The notes under the pieces are model-generated. The model made no database searches. It worked only from the letters and a program-made list of their open reading frames with translations, and was not told where the DNA came from. A stretch of DNA of 64,000 nt from an uncultured Methanomassiliicoccales archaeon (GTDB taxonomy: Archaea > Thermoplasmatota > Thermoplasmata > RBG-16-68-12 > EA-27), in contig CAYNEM010000005.1 of assembly GCA_964396265.1 (NCBI GenBank), positions 9,563-73,562 of the forward strand. The letters run 5' to 3'. Below are positions 1 through 8,904 of the stretch, piece by piece. Within the stretch, counting starts at the first letter, position 1. Every line of letters starts with the position of its first letter. Made by a program: the position numbers and the translations under genes.

Positions 1-510
1 CCCGGACACGTCCACGACCGCCTCGTCCGCGAACGAGGAGAGCATGACTTCCCGCCACTCCGGAGGGAACCCAAACCCCCGGATGACGAGGTCCACCGCC
101 AGCGCCATGTCGTCATTGCCGCGGACCGTCCGGATGGACACGCCACGGGACGGTACCCCCCGCCCCGGGCGCTTCCACACCATGACGTCGAGCTCCCCGT
201 CCTCCTTGAACCCCCGCTGCCACAGGTCTACACCGAAGTCGTCCGGCCGCGTGATGGACCAGAGTTGGAAGTGGGGGATCAGGCCACGGCTGCGGAATTC
301 CTTGGTCACATAGTCGATGACCGCGTCCTTCCCGCTCCCGCCCGCATCGACCTTGCAGGCGAAATTGAACCCTTTCGCCGGGAGCTGCGGGTTCACCACG
401 AGGACGACGTTGCCGCGGTCCTCGACCTGCCCGCCGATCCCGCGCATCGCCTGCACGCGGTGCCATTCCAGCCTCCACCACAGGTCCTGCTGCCGCACGG
501 GGTCGTCCAT
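1..510 (-). CDS. probable GNAT-family N-acetyltransferase, N-terminal part (runs off window edge)
   Basis: Own translation from ATG at 510: MDDPVRQQDLWWRLEW...GFNFACKV...LWQRGFKEDGELDVMVW...VSIRTVRGNDD; open to position 1; resembles N-terminal half of two-domain GNAT proteins; not in ORF track. Confidence 0.55.
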   Translation of the reverse strand, partial: MDDPVRQQDLWWRLEWHRVQAMRGIGGQVEDRGNVVLVVNPQLPAKGFNFACKVDAGGSGKDAVIDYVTKEFRSRGLIPHFQLWSITRPDDFGVDLWQRGFKEDGELDVMVWKRPGRGVPSRGVSIRTVRGNDDMALAVDLVIRGFGFPPEWREVMLSSFADEAVVDVSG

Positions 511-637
511 GGCGCCTGGGGTCCATAAAAGGGTTCCCCTCGGAAATGCCTCCCCGATTGTTTGAGGCGGTGCGCACTCCCTTCCCCGATACTCTGGAAG
601 AAAGAGTTAAGAAGGCGGCCCTCCCATCGGACCGCTG

Positions 638-1063
638 GTGGTGGCGATCGCCGCGGAGACCGAACAGGTCGCCGAGTGCCCGAGCTGCGGCGCGGAGGTC
701 GCCATGGACGCGAAGGAGTGCCCCCGGTGTGGGGAGGTCTTCTCCGAGGAACTGCTCGAACCCCAGCCTGAGGAAGCGAGCGAGGAAGAGTCCAAGCCGT
801 CCCGGATCGAGAAGGTGCTGTTCTTCGGCGGCATCCTCCTCGTGCTCGCCGGCGGCCCCGGACTCGCCTTCGGCTCTTGGATCCACGACGCCCTCCAGAT
901 ACCCATCGTCGGCGACGCGTATGCCACGTTCGGCTGGGTGAACCGGGCGTTCGCGGCGGCCGGCCTCGTCGTGCTCCTCGTGGGCATCGTCCTCCTGATC
1001 CTCTCGCTCCGCATGGCGAAGCCCGCGTTCGACTACGACGTCGGCGTGCCGAAGAAGGCGTAA
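638..1063 (+). CDS. zinc-ribbon membrane protein
   Basis: CPSC...CPRC zinc ribbon followed by two hydrophobic helices. Confidence 0.75.
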   Translation: MVAIAAETEQVAECPSCGAEVAMDAKECPRCGEVFSEELLEPQPEEASEEESKPSRIEKVLFFGGILLVLAGGPGLAFGSWIHDALQIPIVGDAYATFGWVNRAFAAAGLVVLLVGIVLLILSLRMAKPAFDYDVGVPKKA

Positions 1064-1153
1064 GGCCCGCGTCCGGCCGCCGTTCTCCATAGGTATTTAT
1101 AGACACTTGGGGATTCGACGGCGCTACCCGAGCGGTAGAGAGGAAAGTGCGGT

Positions 1154-1375
1154 ATGGCGGCGTTTGGCGGCGGTTCCGGTTTCCGGGCCGCGCCGGTTGA
1201 GGAGGGCAAAGTGTACGACGTGAAGATTGAGGACATGGGTCGCGAGGGAGACGGTCTCGCGCGCATCGAGAACTTCGTGGTTTTCGTCGCGGGGGCCAAG
1301 GTCGGCGACCAAGTGAAGGTCCGTATCACCAAGGTTCTGCGCCGGATGGCTATCGGCGAGGTCGTACGCGACTAG
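1154..1375 (+). CDS. single TRAM-domain protein (RNA chaperone type)
   Basis: APVEEGKVYDVKIEDMGREGDGLARIENFVVFVAGAKVGD is the archaeal TRAM signature. Confidence 0.93.
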   Translation: MAAFGGGSGFRAAPVEEGKVYDVKIEDMGREGDGLARIENFVVFVAGAKVGDQVKVRITKVLRRMAIGEVVRD

Positions 1376-1403
1376 ACTTGGGTCTCAGCGCCAAAGCGGA
1401 CGT

Positions 1404-1838
1404 TCACGCGCGACCGTTGACGTAACGGGCAAGGTCGGCAGCTACCACCGTCAGGAACTGCTCGTCCTGCGGGCGGAAGGCGTCGAGCTGATCCGAATCG
1501 ATGTCGATCTCGCCGAGGACGTGACCGTCCGCAAGGATCGGGACCACGATCTCGGACTTGGTGCTCGGGAAGCAAGCGAGGTAGCGTTCGTCCTTCGAGA
1601 CGTCTGGCACCACGACGGTCTCCTTCGTCCTTGCCGCCAGGCCGCAGATCCCCTGCCCCACGGGGATGGCGGTGTGCTCCGTCGCGCGCTCGCCCTTCCA
1701 CGCCGTCAGCCTGAGGACGTCACCATCGAGGAGATAAATCCCGACCCAGGAGTAGTGCGGGAACGAAGACCGGAGATGCCCCGCGACGTAGTCGTACACG
1801 GCCGCGGGCGGGCGCTTGGGATTCATCACCGTGCGCAT
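1404..1838 (-). CDS. GAF-domain protein (free methionine-R-sulfoxide reductase-like)
   Basis: YSWVGIY, IPVGQGICG, YLAC...SEIVVPI...GEIDIDS motifs; start estimated. Confidence 0.85.
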   Translation of the reverse strand: MRTVMNPKRPPAAVYDYVAGHLRSSFPHYSWVGIYLLDGDVLRLTAWKGERATEHTAIPVGQGICGLAARTKETVVVPDVSKDERYLACFPSTKSEIVVPILADGHVLGEIDIDSDQLDAFRPQDEQFLTVVAADLARYVNGRA

Positions 1839-2099
1839 CGCGTCGATCGCGATGTTGTATTTGGGCCCGATTGGTGGGGCCTTCGCAAAGAACGAGGAGT
1901 AATCCCCGACACCGCGCACGTCCGGTCGAACGAAGACCGCGGCCAAATAGATTGCGGCCGACCGCGAGGTCCACTACTTCAACGAGGTGGACCCGGGCGA
2001 TGAGGGGAAACAGACTCGCCGAAGACGCGACTTTAAAGGTATCGGCACTCCGCTATCCACACGGGCAAATGTTCAAATACGATTCTAGAAGTCACAAAC

Positions 2100-2163
2100 T
2101 TACAAGCATCCCTCCACAACGAGGCCGTTCCTGCATTTTCACTCGAACGGCCTATCTTTTTCT
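2100..2163 (+). ncRNA. candidate small RNA or orphan terminator hairpin
   Basis: TATA-like TTCAAATA at 2072-2079; stem AGGCCGTTC (2122-2130)/GAACGGCCT (2145-2153) followed by ATCTTTTTCT; no upstream + strand gene to terminate. Confidence 0.4.
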
Positions 2164-2211
2164 CGTTCGGCCGACACGTTCTTGCCGTACCTCTCCTATC
2201 GGGCTCTTGCG

Positions 2212-2958
2212 TTGCCCCCCGCCGCCGTCATGATCGACGACTGGCTCACCCTCCGGAGGACGACCCACCCGCACGGGATCAGGACCCATCTGGCATCTGC
2301 GATGATCGAGGAGGGCCTCGTGCGGGACCGCGACCTGTTCCACGACGCCTTCGAGTACGCCTTGGCGTTCCATCGGGCGATGACGGAGCGCGACCTCCGT
2401 GAACACACGGTCGAGCAGGTGCTCTCCCTCACGCTCTACACGTTGGGGGAGCCGAAGCCGCCGACGGACCCCGCCCTCGGGCGGGCCACGCATCTCGCCC
2501 TGGGCCGGAACGCGGAAGAGGTGCGATGGTACGACGACGCGGTCTCCTTGCTCGACGGGCTCCGGTCCCGGAAGCTTCCATTGGCGCTCGTGACGAACAC
2601 GATCTTCGGGCTCGGCGCGCCCTGGGAGGAGCGGCTCGCAGCCTACTTCCCCACGCGCGTGTTGTCACGGGAATACGGCTTCGTGAAGCCACACCCAGGG
2701 ATGTTCCTGGAGGCCGCGCGGCGCCTCGGCGCAAACCCGAAGGACTGCCTGTACGTGGGGGACCTCCCGCTCTCGGACATATGGGGCGCGCAGCAGGTCG
2801 GCATGAAGGCGATCCTGGTCCGCCGCGGGGAGGAGGAACAGGCCGAGTATCTCGCGAACGACGCGCGACAGGCGGCGAACCTGGGCGTCGACCTCGGGCA
2901 GATCCGGCCGGACCACACCGTCTCGTCGCTCTCGGACGTCCTGCCGCTCGTGGACTAG
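2212..2958 (+). CDS. HAD-superfamily hydrolase
   Basis: motif I variant AVMIDDWLTL, VTN, KPHP, YVGDLPLSDIWGA; TTG start estimated. Confidence 0.85.
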   Translation: MPPAAVMIDDWLTLRRTTHPHGIRTHLASAMIEEGLVRDRDLFHDAFEYALAFHRAMTERDLREHTVEQVLSLTLYTLGEPKPPTDPALGRATHLALGRNAEEVRWYDDAVSLLDGLRSRKLPLALVTNTIFGLGAPWEERLAAYFPTRVLSREYGFVKPHPGMFLEAARRLGANPKDCLYVGDLPLSDIWGAQQVGMKAILVRRGEEEQAEYLANDARQAANLGVDLGQIRPDHTVSSLSDVLPLVD

Positions 2959-3596
2959 GCCGCTGGAAGGCGCGGAATCCCGGACCAGTCGATGCGGACG
3001 CGCCGTCCCTCGACCCTGAGGCGGCCCTCGACGAACAGCTTCACCGCCAACGGGTAGAGGAGATGCTCCGACTCGAGGACGCGGGCCGCGAGCCGCTCCT
3101 CGGAGTCTCCTTCCTCGACCGTCACGGCCTTCTGCAGGACGATCGGGCCTCCATCGAGGCTCTCGTCGACGAGGTGGATCGTGAGTCCGGTCACCTTCGC
3201 GCCGTGCTCCAGCGCATCGCGCAGGCCGTGCGCGCCCGGGAACGCGGGGAGCAGGGACGGATGGATGTTCATGATCCGGTTCGGGAATTGCCGCAGGAAG
3301 TAAGGCGAGAGGAGCCGCATGAAGCCCGCGAGCACGATGAGCCCGACCTCGCGCTTCTTGAGCTCCGCGGCCACATCGCGCTCGAACGCCTCGCGGTCCT
3401 TGCCGTACGCGGTGTGGTCGAGGACGACGTGCGGGACGTTGAGCTTCTGCGCGCGTTTGATCGCCCCGGCGCCCGGGACGTTGGACACGAGGACGGCGAT
3501 CTCCGCGTCGATCTCCCCCCGCTCGATCGCCTCCGCGATGGACTGAAAGTTGGACCCCCTCCCCGACGCGAGCACGCCGATCCGAACGCGATCCAT
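2955..3596 (-). CDS. purN: phosphoribosylglycinamide formyltransferase
   Basis: VLASGRGSNFQ, LAGFMRLL, NIHPSLLPAFPG, LDGGPI. Confidence 0.97.
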   Translation of the reverse strand: MDRVRIGVLASGRGSNFQSIAEAIERGEIDAEIAVLVSNVPGAGAIKRAQKLNVPHVVLDHTAYGKDREAFERDVAAELKKREVGLIVLAGFMRLLSPYFLRQFPNRIMNIHPSLLPAFPGAHGLRDALEHGAKVTGLTIHLVDESLDGGPIVLQKAVTVEEGDSEERLAARVLESEHLLYPLAVKLFVEGRLRVEGRRVRIDWSGIPRLPAA

Positions 3597-3604
3597 CGTC
3601 TCCC

Positions 3605-5155
3605 TCAGTGCTTGAAGAACCGCACGCTGGTAAGAACCATGGCAATGCCGTGCTCGTTCGCGGCGTCGATGACCTCCGGGTCCCGGATGCTCCCGCCGGG
3701 CTGGAGGATCGCCGCCACGCCCGCCTTCGCGGCCTCGTCGATCCCGTCGCGGAAGGGGAAGAACGCGTCGCTGCTCAGGACGGACCCCTTAGCCCGGCCT
3801 TCCGCCTTCATCGCCGCCAGACGGACCGCGTCCACGCGCGACACCTGGCCGGCGCCGATGGCGACCGTGGCGAGGTCGCTCGCGAGGACGACCGCGTTGG
3901 ACTTCGCGTGCTTGCACACCTTCGTCGCGAAGAGCAGGTCCCGGACTTGCTCGTCCGTGGGCTTCGCCCGCGTCACGACCTTGAGCTGATCCGGTGTCAG
4001 GGTCGGCGAGTCCGTAGTCTGCAGCAGGAGCCCGCCGCGGATATCGATGAACTGCCACCCGGGGTGCGCCTTCCACGCTCCCTTGGGCCGCATGAGCCGG
4101 ATGTTCTCCCGTTTTCGCAGCCGCTCGAGCGCATCGGGCTCGAACACGGGCGCAATTACCCCCTCGATGAAATGGCCCTTCATCGCCTTCGCCACGTCGA
4201 GATCCACGGTCCGGTTGAACGCGACGACGCATCCATACGCGGCCTTCGGGTCCGCGGCGTACGCGGCCGCGTACGCCGCCGCCAGCGCGTCTCGCACCGC
4301 CACCCCGCTCGGATTCCCGTGCTTGATCACGACCGCCACGGGGCTGTCGAACTCAAGTGCCAGCTCCAGCGCGGCATGGAAGTCGAGGAGGTTGTTGAAC
4401 GACAGGTCCTTTCCGTGGAGTTGTTCGCAGTCGGCAAGGGACAGATCGTGGACGTCTGGGTCGCGATAAAACGCGGCCTTCTGGTACGGGTTCTCTCCGT
4501 ATCGGAGGTCCTGAACCTTGTCGATCGCAATTCGCAGGTAGGGTGGCATCGCGTGTCCCATCCGATGGGACCACCAGTTCGTGATCGTCGCGTCGTACTC
4601 CGACGTGCGCGCAAACGCCTCGAGGGCCAGCCGATGGCGCGTCTGCCGGCTGACGTCTCCTTTCTGCCGGAGTTCCGCGAGCACATCGCCGTATTGACGC
4701 GGGTCGGAGAGGACGATCACATGGTCCGAATTCTTGGCGGCGGACCGCAACAGGGCGACGCCGCCGATGTCGATGTTCTCAATGGCATCTTCGGGCGCGG
4801 TGGTCTGGGCAATGGTCTGCTCGAACGGGTACAGGTTCACGACGACGAGCTCGAACGGCTCGACCCCGAGCGCCGCCAAATCCCGGACGTGCGCTTCCCT
4901 CGTCGGCACCGCCAGGATCGCGCCGTGCACTTTCGGATGGAGCGTCTTCACGCGCCCCTCGAGGATCGCGCCTTGCCCCGTGATCTGTTCGAGGTCCTTG
5001 ACACTGAGCCCGTTCGACCGGAGGAAGGAGGCGGTCCCACCCGTCGCGAAGAGGACGACGCCGAGATCCTGAAGGCCCCTCGAAAAATCGCTAAGGCCGT
5101 CCCGGTTCGAGACGCTCAGAAGCGCTCGCCGGACCTCAACCATCCTGCTTACCAC
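3605..5155 (-). CDS. purH: bifunctional AICAR transformylase/IMP cyclohydrolase
   Basis: ALLSVS, GRVKTLHP, IDIGG, LRYGENPYQ, SDAFFPFRD, QPGGSIRD. Confidence 0.98.
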   Translation of the reverse strand: MVSRMVEVRRALLSVSNRDGLSDFSRGLQDLGVVLFATGGTASFLRSNGLSVKDLEQITGQGAILEGRVKTLHPKVHGAILAVPTREAHVRDLAALGVEPFELVVVNLYPFEQTIAQTTAPEDAIENIDIGGVALLRSAAKNSDHVIVLSDPRQYGDVLAELRQKGDVSRQTRHRLALEAFARTSEYDATITNWWSHRMGHAMPPYLRIAIDKVQDLRYGENPYQKAAFYRDPDVHDLSLADCEQLHGKDLSFNNLLDFHAALELALEFDSPVAVVIKHGNPSGVAVRDALAAAYAAAYAADPKAAYGCVVAFNRTVDLDVAKAMKGHFIEGVIAPVFEPDALERLRKRENIRLMRPKGAWKAHPGWQFIDIRGGLLLQTTDSPTLTPDQLKVVTRAKPTDEQVRDLLFATKVCKHAKSNAVVLASDLATVAIGAGQVSRVDAVRLAAMKAEGRAKGSVLSSDAFFPFRDGIDEAAKAGVAAILQPGGSIRDPEVIDAANEHGIAMVLTSVRFFKH

Positions 5156-5203
5156 GCGAGAATGGTGTAAGGCAGATTAAGGTTTGGTCGCGATGCCCCC
5201 GTC

Positions 5204-5275
5204 GTGGATCACGAGAGACGCATGGAGCTCACGCGCCGCCTCGCGGAGTACGTCCTCCGCCAGCATCCGTGGTGA
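5204..5275 (+). pseudogene. truncated N-terminal gene fragment at left island border
   Basis: VDHERRMELTRRLAEYVLRQHPW* with host-like codons after a TATA-like GATTAAG; stops where composition changes; loosely recalls aminoglycoside nucleotidyltransferase N-termini. Confidence 0.3.
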
Positions 5276-5284
5276 AGTTCATGC

Positions 5285-5668
5285 ATGAAGGAGACGATTG
5301 AAATGGAAGATGTGCAGATCATACTCTCAGGATTATGGGTAGCTCTCATGTTGACTTATCTCTTGGGAGATGTGCTGCGGATATTCAGCGGCGACTTCAA
5401 AGCGGGACAGATGGGAGGCAGGGCGGTGACTCAGAAGATGTATCTAGGTATCGCAATATTAATGGTGATTCCGGTCGTCATGGTCTTCCTGTCCCTGACG
5501 TTGAGTCATCCTGTGAATCGCTGGGCCAATATCGTCGTAGCCATTGTGTTCTTCGGTTTCAATCTCCTTGGATTGCCTACCTACCCTTCAGGCTATGATA
5601 GGTTTCTGATCATCGTAGGACTTGTGTTCAATGCACTGACGGTGTGGTACGCGTGGAACTGGGTCTAA
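5285..5668 (+). CDS. small 4-TM membrane protein (DUF6326-like)
   Basis: LSGLWVALMLTYLLGDVL...MVIPVVMVFLSLTL...NRWANI pattern; AT-richer. Confidence 0.75.
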   Translation: MKETIEMEDVQIILSGLWVALMLTYLLGDVLRIFSGDFKAGQMGGRAVTQKMYLGIAILMVIPVVMVFLSLTLSHPVNRWANIVVAIVFFGFNLLGLPTYPSGYDRFLIIVGLVFNALTVWYAWNWV

Positions 5669-5777
5669 ACAGAGTCTTGCGAACTGCGAAGCCCTTCGCT
5701 AAGGGTGGAACGCGTGCGATCGATGGTACCACCGCGGCAGCTGTCTCCATCGCGTCCGATCAAGCTAACCCTGAGGA

Positions 5778-6812
5778 ATGGTTGTGAAAGCAATCGTGTG
5801 GACAAGGTACGGACCACCCGAGGTTCTTCAGCTCAAGGAGGTGGAGAAACCCGCGCCCAAGGACGATGAAGTACTCATAAGAATACATGCGACGACCGTA
5901 ACCGCGGGGGACTGTGAACTTAGGAGGCTCAAAGTCCCGGTCCTGTTCCGACTCCCATTGCGAATCTACGTAGGTCTCAGAAGGCCAAGAAGGATCACAA
6001 TACTCGGGCAAGCGCTAGCTGGAGAGATCGAGGGGGTCGGCGAAGGGGTGACCCGCTTCAAGGGGGGGGACCCGGTGTTTGCAGCAACGGGACTCGGCCT
6101 AGGTGCCTATGCTGAGTACATATGTCTGCCGCAAGAACGCGGAGAAGGGGTGCTGGCAAGCAAACCGGCCAACATGACCTACGAGGAAGCCGCCGTGGTT
6201 CCTCTTGGGGGACTCGAGGCATTGCACTTCCTCAGAAAGGGACACATCCAGCCCGGACAAGAGGTCTTGATCAATGGTGCGGGTGGAAGCATCGGTACGT
6301 TTGCGGTGCAGCTTGCCAAGTACTTCGGGGCGGAGGTGACCGGCGTCGACAGCACGGGGAAACTGGACATGCTGCGCTCGATCGGTGCTGACCACGTCAT
6401 CGATTACACGCAAGAGGATTTCACGAGGAACGGTCGGACCTACGATGTCGTTTTCGACGTGGTCGGCAAGAGTTCGTTTTCGCGCAGCTTACGATCGCTC
6501 AGGTCACATGGCCGGTATCTCCTATCGAACCCGAGGCCATTCCAGGGGGTTCGCGGGCGATGGACTTCAATGACAAGCGGCAGGAAGGTAGTTTCTGGGG
6601 GAGCACGCCGAAAGACCGAAGACCTAGTCTTCCTCAAAGATCTCATCGAGGCAGGGAAGATCAGATCCGTCATCGATCGACGTTATCCCTTGGAGCGGAC
6701 TGCCGAGGCCCACCGGTATGTCGAGACCGGACGCAAGAGGGGGAACGTCGTCATCACGGTGGCGGCGGGCCGCGACGTCGTCGGGCCGGAGATGGGAGCG
6801 GGACTGCGGTGA
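5778..6812 (+). CDS. NAD(P)-dependent MDR-family oxidoreductase (zinc-independent, quinone reductase-like), copy 1
   Basis: [41 protein letters not shown]...GNVVI. Confidence 0.93.
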   Translation: MVVKAIVWTRYGPPEVLQLKEVEKPAPKDDEVLIRIHATTVTAGDCELRRLKVPVLFRLPLRIYVGLRRPRRITILGQALAGEIEGVGEGVTRFKGGDPVFAATGLGLGAYAEYICLPQERGEGVLASKPANMTYEEAAVVPLGGLEALHFLRKGHIQPGQEVLINGAGGSIGTFAVQLAKYFGAEVTGVDSTGKLDMLRSIGADHVIDYTQEDFTRNGRTYDVVFDVVGKSSFSRSLRSLRSHGRYLLSNPRPFQGVRGRWTSMTSGRKVVSGGARRKTEDLVFLKDLIEAGKIRSVIDRRYPLERTAEAHRYVETGRKRGNVVITVAAGRDVVGPEMGAGLR

Positions 6813-6996
6813 TCGCCCCTGACCCTGCCAGGAGCGGGGTTGCGGCTCGGAGCGCCCTAGGTTCGCCGGAGGAACTCGTCCGCTGCGGCAGAGCCGCGCT
6901 GCTGTCCAGCCAACGATGCCATGATTGGGCACGCACGGGAACCGCCTCTCCGTAATCGCGTATCGAGATCCCATGATCCGCACGGTGGTCCGCGCA

Positions 6997-7968
6997 TCAC
7001 ACGGTGATGACGACTTTTCCCCGGGCGTGTCCTTCTCCAAGGTACCGCATCGCCTCGGCAGTCTCACTGAGCGGGTACCGTCTGTCGATCACAGGGACGA
7101 TCTTCCCGGCTTCGAGCAGCTCTTTCAAGTAGACCAGGTCCTTCCCGTTGAGTTTCGCTATGCCCATGAAGCCCACCTTCTTGTCACCAAACTTCGACCT
7201 CAAGGGTCCCAGAATTAGGAGTCCGAGTAAGCGCGACAGGGAGAGGGAAGGGAACCCGAAGCCGGCAACGACACAGGTTCCCTTGGGGTTCAATGCGCGC
7301 TTGTAATCCGAAATCGAACGATTTCCCACGACATCATAAATCAGATCGTAACGCTGCCCGTTCCTCGTGAAATCTTCTCGCGCGTAATCAATGACGTGGT
7401 CTGCGCCAATGGAACGCGCCGTATCTATGTTCCGCGTGCTGCACACGCCAGTAACTTCGGTCCCAAACGACTTGGCAATCTGCACCGCAAACGTCCCCAC
7501 ACCGCCTGACGCACCATTGACCAGAACCTTCTGCCCGGGCTGGATGTGTCCCTTATCGCGAAGACCCTGCAGAGCGGTGATCGCCGCCACAGGGACCGCA
7601 GCCGCTTCCTCGAACGAACGATTCGTTGGTTTCAACGCCAAATTCCTTTCGCGGGCGGTTCCATACTCGGCGAAACCACCCGCGCACGCGCCGAACACCT
7701 CGTCTCCTGGCTTGAACTGGGTAACGTTGCTGCCAACGGCTTCCACACGCCCGGCGATATCCGTGCCGAGTCTCGGATTCTTTTGCTTGCGCAGCCCGCC
7801 ACCAAACAAGCGGATCAGGCCCCCTTTCATGGTGTGCCAGTCCACGGGATTTGCGGACGCGGCATGATTCTCCACCAAGACATAGCCGTCGGCGGGAGCA
7901 GGCTTCTCCACCTCCTTGAGCTGAAGAACCTCCGGTGACCCGTATCGTGCGCGGACGATCGCTCTCAT
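6997..7968 (-). CDS. NAD(P)-dependent MDR-family oxidoreductase, copy 2
   Basis: [41 protein letters not shown]. Confidence 0.93.
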   Translation of the reverse strand: MRAIVRARYGSPEVLQLKEVEKPAPADGYVLVENHAASANPVDWHTMKGGLIRLFGGGLRKQKNPRLGTDIAGRVEAVGSNVTQFKPGDEVFGACAGGFAEYGTARERNLALKPTNRSFEEAAAVPVAAITALQGLRDKGHIQPGQKVLVNGASGGVGTFAVQIAKSFGTEVTGVCSTRNIDTARSIGADHVIDYAREDFTRNGQRYDLIYDVVGNRSISDYKRALNPKGTCVVAGFGFPSLSLSRLLGLLILGPLRSKFGDKKVGFMGIAKLNGKDLVYLKELLEAGKIVPVIDRRYPLSETAEAMRYLGEGHARGKVVITV

Positions 7969-8237
7969 GAGCTTCTCCCAGGAGTTCCTCTTCGCTGGAA
8001 CGCGGCTAAGCCGCTACGGAGGAGGATACGGACTGACCCGATGTCGTGGTAGGCCTGCGCCAGAGGCTCCACGCGGTCCCTCGGCATGCCGCTGCGGAGG
8101 AGCGCTCTCCGGAACGCCCGGACGCCGCGCTTGCGGCGCGCCTGGAAGCGGAGGAAACCCCAGCCGAAGCGGGCAGCCAGGCCCGGGAGGCTCCCCAGGA
8201 GGACCACCGGCAGCCGGTCCCCGCGGTCCGCCATCAT
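7965..8237 (-). CDS. small hypothetical protein
   Basis: Overlaps both neighbours by 4 bp (ATGA coupling); AFRRALLRSGMP motif echoes FYKTLKGSGMT of upstream gene. Confidence 0.7.
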   Translation of the reverse strand: MMADRGDRLPVVLLGSLPGLAARFGWGFLRFQARRKRGVRAFRRALLRSGMPRDRVEPLAQAYHDIGSVRILLRSGLAAFQRRGTPGRSS

Positions 8238-8512
8238 TCGTCGCCTTCGCGGTGCTTCCCGACGGCCTTCGCGATCATCCCGCCGAGGTTGAGGGAGGAC
8301 ATGTACTGCTCCGTCAGCTTGAACGCCTGCTCGTCCGTCATGCCGCTCCCCTTCAGGGTCTTGTAGAAGCCCGCCACCGCGGCCCCGAACTTCGCGGACG
8401 CGTCCTTGCCGTAGATCGCGTCCGTGAGGCTGTTCAGGATCGTGGGGATCTTCTCCGAGAAGGCCTCGAGCATCTCCTTCATTTCCCCGATTCCGTGCTT
8501 TTCCTCACCCAT
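8234..8512 (-). CDS. small helical hypothetical protein
   Basis: MGEEKHGIGEMKEML...AVAGFYKTLKGSGMTDEQAFKLTEQYM; strong host-like codon usage. Confidence 0.8.
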   Translation of the reverse strand: MGEEKHGIGEMKEMLEAFSEKIPTILNSLTDAIYGKDASAKFGAAVAGFYKTLKGSGMTDEQAFKLTEQYMSSLNLGGMIAKAVGKHREGDE

Positions 8513-8667
8513 TCCGTTCACCTGCCTTGTCCGACCCCTCATGAGGCTGGTCCCGGTACTTGCGGACGTCGAGCACTTGTGACCACTTCTCGGCGACTTC
8601 CTCGGCCACCCGGAACGTCTGGGTTCGAGAGCCCGGCGTGGCGACGACGATACCTTGCCGCTGCACT
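8505..8667 (-). pseudogene. C-terminal remnant of probable winged-helix regulator
   Basis: VQRQGIVVATPGSRTQTFRVAEEVAEKW resembles the wing of a wHTH; stop overlaps next start; N-terminus replaced by integrase fragment. Confidence 0.45.
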
Positions 8668-8669
8668 GC

Positions 8670-8819
8670 TCGCATCTGGCGGTGGAGCAGAGGGTGTCGG
8701 CGTCCACGCAGAACCAGCCGCTCAGCGCGCTTCTTTACCTCTATCGCCACGTATTGAAACGCGACCAGGGCGAGTTGGGTCAGACGGTCCGGGCCCGCTA
8801 CCGCCGGCGCTTGCCGGTC
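8670..8819 (+). pseudogene. integron integrase (IntI)-like N-terminal SAM-like domain fragment
   Basis: SHLAVEQRVSASTQNQPLSALLYLYRHVL...[16 protein letters not shown] matches the recalled IntI pattern xLAxERxVSxSTQNQALxALLFLY...RLPVVL; no catalytic domain. Confidence 0.75.
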
Positions 8820-8904
8820 AGGGCGTCGAAAGCCTTATCGGCCAGCCTCGAATTCGCGCGCCGGTGTCTCTCAGGACGAACCTTTGGAAGGGGCGGGTGC
8901 ACGA

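Noticed and set aside
1850-2030. Hairpins GGTCCAC/GTGGACC and GGCGA/TCGCC as a structured RNA
   Set aside because: Short stems are expected by chance at this GC content; no SRP or RNase P motifs
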